From Oopsacas minuta (taxonomy: Eukaryota > Animalia > Porifera), in the NCBI GenBank assembly GCA_024704765.1, contig JAKMXF010000119.1:1-18980 (forward strand): a stretch of DNA of 18,980 nucleotides. Reading direction: 5' to 3'. Under the pieces are notes generated by a model. It searched no databases. It was not told the origin of the DNA and worked only from the letters and a program-made list of their open reading frames with translations. A program made the translations under genes and the position numbers. Positions 8,980-18,980 of this stretch are shown here, piece by piece. Numbering within the stretch: position 1 is the first letter of the stretch; each line of letters starts with the position of its first letter.

Positions 8980-10256
8980 CTATTCTACGGGTCTTTGCCC
9001 TTCATAATGATCAACAAATTTCTCCAACATATCATTCGTTAGGAGATCAAGGCCTTCAACGCATATGCGCATCGTATGTTCAAGCGTGCCCTCGCCCATC
9101 TGCTGCGGAGTCTTGTTATTATTCGTTTCATACTGCTAAATGTACGTTCAACAGTGGCTGTTGTTACTAGTAAAGCCTGTAGGCCTCTACTATTGCAGCT
9201 AAATTTTATAAGTTTGGAAATGCAATCGAAATGTCTCCGCTATTGATCAATTTCGATAGTACATCCTGCAAAGATCTATTCTTGAATTGCTTCTAAATTA
9301 TCCGCCGAAACATTTTCCATTCTGCTTCAGTTTCCTCTCCATTAATGTCTGGTTGTGACACCATCATCATCACCAAAGCTGACATGTTATATAACACTAC
9401 ATTGATTTATTAGCATCTACATCTTTTCCATACCATAGTTAGTGATAGTTGAAGTTCGGTTTTAGGAGATAGCGAGGGTCCGGAACGGACATAGAAGAGA
9501 CTAGATAAGTGCACTCCCTTCTTTTTCGGATATTGTCAATCACACTTTGTATATATGGCCGATACACTGTCTGAAGAAATTGAATTTTTTCCTCTTCCAT
9601 GATCACAATTTGTTTTCCACCAAGCTGAGTATCATCTGTAAAAACGAAAGAATGGTTCTTGAACCAGGTGGTGCTGTTTACTATTTCTTTAGTCTCTGTT
9701 AGTCTTTCAGTGGTACTATTGACCATTAATTGCACAGCTCCAAAGTCAATCGCTTTCCCCTGTAAAATCCTTGTAACTTGACAACTGTATCGAGTACATC
9801 TGATAGTATATAGATACAAAGTACAGTTTTGTATTTTGACAAGAGTGTCGCAATTCCATGAGCTTCTGCATCACAAGTTTCATCATAAATCTCTTCAAAT
9901 GTGCGTACCAAGCTGGGATACTCCGTCGCACAACACACACGGCTCTTTCACGTGCGAGCAATAGAGTATTAAAAGGTTTTACCATTTTAATCTCAGGAGA
10001 CTGGAGTTCCGCTTGGGTCAGTGAAAGTTTTTCTGCTTTCTTGGGAGAATAATGGAACGCTTTCCAGATTTTTAACATTGTAACTAAACTCTCATTATTT
10101 GTACATGTTCTCCACAAGTATTGACAGCAGCAAGTTGAAATTTATGGGACCTGTAGTGGATATAAATTGCACTTCTTGCAAGTAGTAATCTCAGACGCCT
10201 TAGAATACCACTTATATGGCCAGACATTGTATTAGTACCATCATTGCCAAGGACGG
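8980..10256 (-). mobile_element. Decayed hAT transposase relic, ZNF862/ZMYM1-like
   Basis: Fragments GNDGTNTMSG, YIHYRSHKFQLAA (CxxH mutated), YSPKKAEKL, EAHGIATLL, and a dimerisation domain VTTATVERTFSSMKRIITRLRSR...EHTMRICVEG. Many stops and frameshifts. A possible terminal CAGTGTTC lies at 8760. Confidence 0.85.
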
Positions 10257-10269
10257 CTCTCTCTCTCTC
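10257..10269 (+). repeat. (CT)6C microsatellite at the junction of two TE relics
   Basis: CTCTCTCTCTCTC lies where hAT similarity ends and integrase-like similarity begins. Confidence 0.8.
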
Positions 10270-10890
10270 ATGGATATCGTTAGGGTAGAGAAGCTTGTCA
10301 GTGCCGCAGGGTGTTAAGTTAGTGTAGTTGAATGCTGGCAGATTGTTCCATGTGCAGTCCCTATCTGGAAATCCCCTCCATCCAGTACACATCCGTAACG
10401 GTACTAATGAGGCTGTTGGGACCAATGCTAGCCCTGGGTAAGGAATGGCATCCTCACATTATCCCCTTTCAATAGTCTTGCTACGTTTCATACTAGACTG
10501 TATCATGTCAGCTCCTTGCTTTCTGAGTGCTCATCAGCTTCTTTGACGGAGCTTCTCAGTATTTCGCGCTTTCCTGCAGTACTCATCACGTGCACAGAAG
10601 TACTGTACTGGAGTCTTACCGTACACGTCTAGTCGGTCCAGGCAGTCAGCATGAAATGGATCCAGTTTACAATGGCTGCAACTCACTGTACAGTTGTCAT
10701 CATCTATTACACAGACTAGACAGGGAGGATGTTAATATAAGGTGTAACTTGTCTGCAGGGGTACAGTAAGGTTGTAGGAATCGTCATCAAGATCGTCGTT
10801 GTGGCTCATGAAATACTCGTACACCCCTGTCACGTCCCCCATGACTGAGCTCGTGATGGGCTGCCACTAACGTATCCCACAGGTCTTCGG
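10262..10890 (-). mobile_element. Decayed KRBA2/SCAND3-like (Ginger-type) integrase relic with PHD-like finger, catalytic core missing
   Basis: EDLWDTLVAAHHELSHGGRDR (HHCC N-terminal half), then CLVC..CSHC..FHADC..FC..C, ALRKQGADMIQSS, KGDNVRMP and FQIGTAHG. Several frameshifts and stops. Confidence 0.6.
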
Positions 10891-11349
10891 ATATATGAAT
10901 AAACTGATGGAAAATATATGTAAATTACACACATTCTTTACAATCTGAGCATTAAAATAGTAAGAAAAGACCGTTTCGACTATAATAAGCAGTGGTGGTC
11001 TGAGTATCAGCCACTGCCTTTTGGCTTATACTTTAAGTGATATTAATCATTTGTCTAACGACTAATCATTTTTTATCAGGTAGCAAAGTGACCCAGAGGC
11101 CTTAGCTACTCTCCCAGTTTCACATTTTTGAGCACTGTCTATTCGGTTCTCTCGTCACATTACATTAGCATTCGGAACTCAAATTGAGATCACCAAACAC
11201 AACAATTAATTAGTACTCAAGAAGCATATATGTCATCAGGGGGATCGGTAGTATGTGGGAGTCACCACTACTACTGGGTAGAAGGGCGGACGTGTATGAG
11301 TAAGAATTTTCAGTTACGACCAGTAGGGTGCCCTAACCGGATGCTGGTA

Positions 11350-11835
11350 ATATTCGGTTGGAGGAAAACATCATGCTCAGTTATTTCTGTATTTTCTAAT
11401 ACCGAGATTGATGATTCTAATTTAGTGACGGCCTCTTTGATATTTTCTAGAACAATATTGGATTCAAATAACTCAGGATTAGTGTAGTTTAGAATATCAC
11501 CAATTAAGATTTCAATTTGTCGTATATCGGTTAATCGACTGAGACTCAAAGGAACTTGGTGTTGGCAACAAACTGCTGAAACTGTTAAATCTGAATGAAT
11601 TGATAAGGTAGATAGAATATGTATAGACTCATTGGCGAATTCCAGCTGTATGATCTCTAAGGTATTGCTAGAGGAGTACCAGGTCGCCCAATCTTGGTTA
11701 AGGTGTAACTCTGGCAACTTAATTTAAGATCCTCAAAATTCCCCAAACCGAACCGTAATGAATCTTGTTGATCTTGTATAATGCTATCATGAAGAGCTTT
11801 AGCAAAGTTTTCCTCTTCCTTAGATTCAAGATTTA
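11350..11835 (-). pseudogene. Relic of a THAP/P-element transposase linker region
   Basis: NLESKEEENFAKALHDSI...LSIHSDLTVSA...RLTDIRQIEILI parallels SLDDKEERRIQEAY...SISIDVNFYCKA...NDIRSLENII in the plus-strand element. Frameshifted. Confidence 0.55.
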
Positions 11836-13405
11836 NCAATATAAGCATGTGAATATACCATGATTACTTATATCCTGTCAAATACACATCATCAGAGCAA
11901 TAGTTAGTAATCACATTTTGATCACCCATAATTCATATAAACAATCTTTTTACGATATTTCAAAAGATTTCAAAATATTGTCACACTCCAAATTCACATC
12001 TTGACTCAATTCAACGTCCATTCTCACATCATATCTGCTCTATTCTACCTCTATTTTCACTGTTACCCGATTCAACATCTACAATCTTCAACATGGCCTG
12101 TTTTGTACCTGGATGTAAGTCAAACTACCACGATAAAGATGAATATATAACCTGTCTTCTCCTTCCCTACTGACAATGAGACTCGTGAGAAGTGGTTCCG
12201 AGCTATACCTCGACCGAGAGAAAACTATGAGATGAACAAACGATTGAGGGTAGGTTGTTATCTTGTGATAATACTTTTAATTAACACATACTCAATAGTT
12301 ATCGGATTTTATTTCTTCAAGGTCTGTATACATCATTTCCATGAGAAGACATTGAAAAGACCATACAATTCTTTGATGGAATGAAGATGATAAAGACAGA
12401 GAGGAAGAAAGTTGCTCTTAAGAGTGCGCAGTTTCTAGCATCTTCCCCAACTGTCCTAGCTATCTGACTGACCCTACCGTTAACTGTCAAATACTATCTC
12501 TGGATGACAAAGAGGAAAGGAGGATACAGGAAGCATACCAAAGAAACTGAAGCTAAGTTTACTATTTCTACTCTTAATTGTATTAATTCAAGGTTGTATC
12601 TAGTTGAACTTCCTTACGGCTGGGTTATTATTCGTCCCAATTCTGCTATCATGCTTTTTCTTAAGATACGATATTATAATGAGATTTCTACATTCGAACG
12701 TTCAATAAGTATTGATGTAAACTTCTATTGTAAGGCTTTATATCAGGAAAAACACAATTCCACTATCCTGTCACTCAATTAACGATATTAGGTCATTAGA
12801 AAATATTATTCATGAAGTCGATTTATTTGAAATACAAATGAGAACGTATTTTCTTCAGCCACCCCCTTTGGTACAACACATGAATTTTGCCATTAATATA
12901 TCACAAATGCTATTGATACATTAAATCCCACTCATTCAATGTCCGATTTAGAACCTGAAAACGATTCTATGATAATGCGTCTGAATTTTTGTTCGATCAT
13001 TTGAAATATTTAATCGTTGGTAAACATGCTCGAAGGTATAGCATTCTAACTCAGGTCTTTTGTTTAAAATCTACGGATTGTCACCAGCTTGTTATCGTCT
13101 TATTCAGGGTTCTAACTGTAATATTCTTCCACACGAGCGTAATTCGTTGAAAATCAAGAATAGTATTGGCTTGGAGACAGGGTTGATAAAAATCAAAAAA
13201 ATCGGATTTTTTTTATTTAAATCGGATTTTTATTAATTTAAATCCGATTTTGTATGACAGCTGACTGAACCATCCGGCCGTATCACCTGTCCTTGTTATA
13301 ATAATGTATGCGTATTTATGAATTGTGAAGATTGATACATATAAATAAATGAATACATAATTGTGGTCTATCTCGTAGAATATAGAGTGTAGAAAATAGA
13401 ATAAT

Positions 13406-15098
13406 TTAATTTTTCATGTTCAATATCCTATAAACGAACACCAGTTTAGCCGCCTTCTCAATTCCAAGTCGGTTGCGAGTTTTTGAGTGTATATATCCAA
13501 ATGTAGAAAATATACGTTCAATTCCTGCACTTGAAGCAATTGCGGTGAGAAGTTGTTCAGCAACTTTAGTAATATCTTTCCCCAACGTTCCATGCATTGA
13601 TGCCCACCAGCAAGCTGGCGTAATATTATCAACTACATCGTCACTAAACATGTAGGATTTGAAAGGATCATATCCTGCTTTGAACTGCAAGACAGTCGCC
13701 ATTGCATTTGGACAATGCTGATGAATATATTCCATTGCATCGGTAGCTTCTTCTCAGTGAGTTTTCTTCCTCTATACCTTGGGTCTATTAAGTTCGCAGA
13801 ATAGTGTGCTGGAGAAATAGCTTGGGCAGCTCTTTCGTCTACTTTTCTTAGTACATGTGCCGGTTGCTGTGAACTTAGAAGATCCTCATAAAGTGTTTTC
13901 CATACTTCAACTGTATCGCTAATTATAGCATTTTCCCTTTGAATTCTATCTAGAGCAACTGAAATTGGTTTTAATCTAATAAAGAGATCTTCAGCGTTAC
14001 GTTTGATAGAATAATTCTTAACTTTATTACCAATGTTCGAATTTATCTCATCACGATATTCCTCACAGACCTGTACAAGGATATGCCAGTTAGAAATATA
14101 GCTATTCAAACAGTCCGTCAAAGTATTCCATCTAATTTCATGTGGGATAACAAGAGAATTACCACCAGCTTGCTTGTGTCTAGCTGCAGGTAGATGTGTA
14201 TGTCTAAAATATTTGACTATCTGGACAACTTGTTCTTTTATCCCAGTAATCTGTACATCTTGTGCTAATAGGTTCAACAAATGAGCAGAGCATCCGTATG
14301 TCAATATTTCATTCGGTATCTTTTTTTGTAAATCTCTTCTCATTTTTGCCATATTGGCTGCGTTGTCAGTTACAACGTTACGTACATGACATCTAAAATT
14401 TATCTCACAGGAAGTAATAGCATCTGCAGCAAGTTCTGCCAGATATTCTGATGTGTGACTATGTCCAGAGGTATCAATTGTCTCAGTAAGGAAAGTCTCT
14501 CCTTTGTCAGTTGTAACACTCACACACACGACAGGTTCATTATGTACGTTACTCCATCCATCCAGTGATAAGGAGACTGTCTTATCCTCCAGGGTTTTTC
14601 TGCATGTATCCAAGAGAGATCCTTGTACATTATTTAATAGTTTATTCCCTATATCATGGCGATTTGGTGGTATATAACCTGGCCGTAGCATCTTTATTAG
14701 TTTCATAAACTCGGGGTGTTCAACAGCTATAAAAGGCGTGTTAGTTGCGTAAATATAACGAGCAATTTGGAGATCCAGTAATTCTGCCTCTGATTTCGAA
14801 GTCTTCATGACATATTCACCGATATGAGTAATCCTAGGTCTTTTTTCTTTAGCAAAAAGACTTGTATCAGGCACTTCTCCACATAATGCAGTTGATCTGG
14901 CTACTAAATCAATTGATTCATTTTCAGCTATTATGGGATGGTCTTGCATGCTGCATGAAGAATAATGTTGCTTAAGGCGGTTGACCACCCCTGCATCTCC
15001 TTTTTGCAAACTTTACACCTTGCTTCCCAGCCAGCAACTCCTTCTGTCGTATACCGTTCGAAGTGGACCCATATATCATCTTGTTTCCTACCTGCCAT
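13406..15098 (-). pseudogene. hAT transposase (BED finger, DDE, dimerisation domain), about 564 aa after restoring two 1-bp deletions
   Basis: MAGRKQDDIWVHF..RCKVCKKEMQG(fs near 14990)VVNRLKQHYSSC; LSLDGWSN; VVTDNAANM; GCSAHLLNL; EIRWN; LTE(fs near 13753)EEATDAMEY; SSAGIERIFS. No in-frame stops in the restored frame. Confidence 0.93.
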
Positions 15099-15180
15099 AT
15101 CAAGTGTTGTTAAATGCTAAGGATAGTAGTAATCTGATAGTTATAAATCTTTTGTAAGTGGTTGTTTAAATATATATATA

Positions 15181-15325
15181 GACTCAGGGTCGCTTATTAA
15201 TAACCAGCTTAATATGAACATTCGTTCATTATGAACAACCTCTCAGGTCCCGATTCTTCGGCTTACATAAGATTTGTATTCAGCCAAGTCATTATGAAGG
15301 GGTTCACAATAAGCGACCCTGACTG
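15181..15325. mobile_element. 145-bp TA-flanked MITE-like element nested in the 5' region of the hAT
   Basis: Perfect 15-bp inverted repeat TCAGGGTCGCTTATT (15184-15198) / AATAAGCGACCCTGA (15308-15322). TA at 15179-15180 (end of a TA run) and 15326-15327. The outermost 3 bases match imperfectly (GAC versus CAG). Confidence 0.7.
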
Positions 15326-16492
15326 TACAAATCATTTATTTTTATTTAAATCGAACAACTCTGCCGTCAAATGAATAGACTTTCGATAGGTATAAATTTA
15401 TAATAGCAAAATGGACATAATCAGCTTGATAAGATAATAAAAACATAAAAATATTGAATTGAAAGAAGATATTTTGATAAAACTCGGATTTTTGATTTAA
15501 ATCAAACAACCCTGCTTGGAGAGCGAGTATATTCACCAGTTGAAGATATCCGTAATTTGTTTAAATCTGATAAACGCAATGTCTTGAAGCGAGCACCAAA
15601 ATTGACAGCGAAATCTTGTTGACCATCTAAGTTAGAATGACAAAATGTTAGTTTCGCATTGAAAATTTACCAGGAAACAACATCAGCTGGTCTATTAGCT
15701 TGGAAAATGAAAATAACACCTTATACGTCAATCAAACAGTAGAATTTCTTGAGCTAATCAATAAAATGTGGAAAATATTTCATGTAAACTGAGTCGGAAG
15801 AAATATACGATTTAATGGTGAATATTCAGCTCCAATTTACCCCTCAGACTTCGCTTAATATTTGTGAACAACGTTGTCTCTTGGCTGAACTGCTGTGCTA
15901 GTCTGCCGTTTACATCTGGAAAGTTAACTGCACAAACTTTTACCAGCTTTAGACATGCTTGTGAAGCGTTATCACTTCTAGTCACACAACTTACAGACAA
16001 CTGCGGCTACCAATACCTTCTAACTGCCAGAATCCAGAATGATCCTCTTGAACACCACTTTGGTCTATATAGACAGATGTGAGGATCCCATTATCAGATT
16101 TCCTTTAATCAGATATTAGAGAGCGAACGCAGACTCCAACTTTCGAATCTTCTAGAGGTGTTCGATCTTAAATATTCTTCAGCGTCTAGCTCTACTGAAG
16201 GCACCATTTCTCTGAGAAAATATCTCAACAAATTTGCTGACGACTGTGATTGTATAAATCAGGAACAACTTGATATAGAACATTATCTCACCTAATTGAA
16301 CGAAATCTCACTTCCTGAAATAGAATGTCTCGTTTATATTGCAGGATATCAGTCTTTCTACTGTTTAAGTATTATAATATGGTAATTATAATTGGGTTGG
16401 AAGTTGTAAATCATCAAAATATAACAAATGTTACATTAGAGCACTTTAGAATAGCATTGAAAGGCATTATAACAATTGTTTGAAATTTTGAA

Positions 16493-18980
16493 TGTCCAGA
16501 CTAATTGCCATCCATGGTCCAGAATTTGAATAGAGTGCCATTGCCTTAGTGTATAGAATGCTATGATCTAGCTAACAGTCCCAAAATATATGCATTAGAT
16601 AAATAGTACATCAATTATGAATTATACATCCAGAAATTAAACGAGCTGCAGCATTTTGTATACTCTAGTATAGTCAGTTCTTGTGATGTAGAGAATTACA
16701 GTAATCTATTCGACTGTAACCGTTGGCGTGTAGTTTAGGGGGGAAGGGGTTGAACTTGACTAAATACATATATCGAATATGCCGAATCCGAATTTCATAC
16801 TTTTGAATTAATCATATGAAATTTATTTGTTGTTTTATGAATATCAAGTAAACAAATAGTTGAAATCTTAAAATCGAGGCTCGAAGTGCAAAGTCCCATG
16901 CAAACATAAAGTGGGATTTCAAGAACTCTTCGCCCATCTGTAACCCAAGAAAAAGCCAACTTTTGTATCACAATTTTTTCATATTTTGTATAATACTAAC
17001 AATAGGTCATTTTATATATTCACTTTGAGATGAAAGATTCCATATTTAACATTCTATAAGGGATCTAAGAATGACATTCTTTACCAAATGCATATTCACT
17101 AGACACATCTTTTGACACATTCCTGAAATATTTTAACATATAATGGTTGCTCATTTATTACTCAACAAATATGCAATACATTTTCGGGAAAAAATCGCCA
17201 TTCTTGCCATATCGAACTCACCTAGAGTTTGTTATATCGGCTAACGTATCAATTCTCAATAGTCCGAATTCCGCGATTGCTGTTAGTTAATAAATTATAT
17301 ATTTACAGCAGACTCCGCTTAACAGGGTTACATCGGGACCATTTTGACCCAATTAACCAAAATATAGGTGTTGGCCCGATTAACCGGTGCTCTAGTGTAT
17401 AGTTATATAATTATGTTTAGTAATCTAATTTCTTAATTTTCTTTGAAAAAGTTGATTTAACAATTAGCATGGGAACTACACAGTCTATTCCAGCAAATAG
17501 AAGTTTTATACTTATTGGGCAATTAGCTAATGGTAAAAGCACTTTAGGAAATCTAATACTAGGAGGAGGAGTGAATACTCCATTCAAAATACACGCACAC
17601 CTGAAAAGATCATGTTACACAAGAGGAACTCAAACTTCAGAAACAATGATCAAATCTAGCCTAATCTACGGTAACAAATTTCCAGAGGAAGATATTCGGA
17701 TTCAAGTTGTTGATCAACCTGGTTTAGGTGATCCCAGATATAGTTTAGAAAGATATAGCCAATTTCTAATCACATGCTTGAAGGAATCGAATGCTGAGAT
17801 TTCTACAACATTCATAATTACTATCAAAATAAGCTCTGTTAAACTAGATAACGAAACAGTTTCGGCTCTATTTGATCTGTCATATTTATTGGGCCAATTC
17901 CATTACAACTTCTTCAGTAATGCTATTATTGTTTTCACTCATATCGATGAGATACGGTTGAGAGATGGTAACAAAAACATAGACCAAATAATCACAGATA
18001 TTACAGAGAATGAACAGTGGATTCGTTTAACAGAAATCCTACAGCGAGTTAATAACAGATATATGTGTGTAAATGCAATGAACAGAGAACCTGGTTATCG
18101 TGAAGAGATTCTACAGAAACTGTTTGAACTTTCTAAACCTGTTTTCCAGTAGCGTCGGTGTCCGACAATTCGTTCCACGGCATTTTCACTATTTCATAGT
18201 AAACCCCAGGCTTGCCGTAAGGATAAAATCCCATCCATATTCATATCCAGACCTTTTGGACGTGGAAATTCATAGATATTGATTTTTTCTAAAGCCTGTT
18301 GGTGTTGGGTAGACGTAGATGCTCTAAGCCTGGGGCATAGACTCATTGCTACATGCTTCTTGGTGGACTTCCAGTTTCAGTGTTTGATACAGAGGGAGGC
18401 CCTGGGTTATCCCCCACCTGAATTGATAATGAATATACTTTTTGCATTATTTGAAATGGGTATATGGTACTTGGCCTGATCCTCCAGCAAAAGTGTCTCT
18501 ATCATACCCTGAATGTGCTCATGTCGCTCTTGTATATCTATTTTCATGAGGTCAAATTGTACCACACAAAGGTTATGGAAGATTATTCGCACCAGAGGTA
18601 CCTAGCATTTCTATTCCTCAATGAGGTAGATTGCTTTGACAAACTACCTCACATTCGCATGATTTATCGGGAGATGCCGGTAAATCATCTATGTAAGATA
18701 TACGTGGATAAACCGTCCCAGAGATGCCAATTCTCTAGGCCTTTTGACTCTCATGGATAAATGTCAAAGAATTTGAGTGATCTCACGATTGAATACTAAA
18801 TTCTGATAAATTGTAGCCGTTCTTACAAGCACTCATGGATTCTTGAGATATCAGATTGGCATCTATATCTATCTATTAGAGTTGTAGATGTATCTCAGAA
18901 TCTTCCGATAATAACATAGGGACTGATTTAATGGAATTCCATATATGAATTTGTGAAGTTGATTATCAATGAGTACCTAT
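16493..18980 (+). repeat. Segmental duplication, copy 2 (partner 1-3897)
   Basis: See blocks under copy 1. This copy lacks 135-461, 747-960 and 2195-3457, and has an extra 398 bp (18197-18594) plus a 14-bp extra near 17208-17221. Confidence 0.95.
17469..18152 (+). CDS. Copy A3: single-domain myristoylated AIG1/GIMAP-like GTPase (227 aa)
   Basis: MGTTQS, GQLANGKST, DQPG and FTHID are intact. It ends LSKPVFQ*, with the last codons and stop supplied by sequence homologous to 3458-3466. Confidence 0.75.
   Translation: MGTTQSIPANRSFILIGQLANGKSTLGNLILGGGVNTPFKIHAHLKRSCYTRGTQTSETMIKSSLIYGNKFPEEDIRIQVVDQPGLGDPRYSLERYSQFLITCLKESNAEISTTFIITIKISSVKLDNETVSALFDLSYLLGQFHYNFFSNAIIVFTHIDEIRLRDGNKNIDQIITDITENEQWIRLTEILQRVNNRYMCVNAMNREPGYREEILQKLFELSKPVFQ

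Larger units (their letters stand above)
13178..15514 (-). mobile_element. Young full-length hAT transposon, 2337 bp
   Basis: Termini CAGGGTTG / CAACCCTG. Perfect 8-bp TSD CTTGGAGA at 13170-13177 and 15515-15522. Subterminal TCGGATTTT and ATTTAAATC repeats at both ends. Confidence 0.97.
12093..16349 (+). mobile_element. Decayed THAP-domain P-element (THAP9-like) transposase, interrupted by the hAT at 13178-15514
   Basis: MACFVPGC...FSFP...EKWFRAIPR...R / GT-AG intron 12250-12321 / VCIHHF...AVSSIFPNCPSYL (C2CH THAP). RRYS..SPACYRLI reads across the hAT as SIGLESEY. Then RAPKLTAKS..QNVSFALKIY, QNDPLEHHFGLYRQM, LVYIAGY. Many frameshifts, and the catalytic core is deleted near 15545. Confidence 0.9.

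Overview
AT-rich eukaryotic (probably invertebrate) genomic DNA. It carries a cluster of four intronless, same-strand AIG1/GIMAP-like GTPase genes interleaved with a dense nest of decayed transposons. Gene A (1508-2986) encodes an N-myristoylation motif, a canonical-looking AIG1 GTPase domain, a degenerate second AIG1 domain, a C-terminal hydrophobic helix and a polyproline tail. Gene B (4262-5578) is a distant paralog with the same two-domain plus hydrophobic-tail layout but an altered G3 motif. Copy A2 (6975-8174) is near-identical to A over about 1.1 kb, then switches to a divergent tail behind a +1 frameshift. Copy A3 (17469-18152) lies in a segmental duplication of 1-3897, is cut by a deletion at the inter-domain junction, and has three highly divergent blocks. 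Between A2 and A3 lie a ZNF862-like hAT relic, a KRBA2-like integrase relic, two THAP/P-element relics and a young 2337-bp hAT with a perfect 8-bp TSD, itself containing a MITE. An L2/CR1-type LINE fragment and a second MITE are also present. Family calls come from motifs read by eye; no database search was run and the organism cannot be determined from the window.
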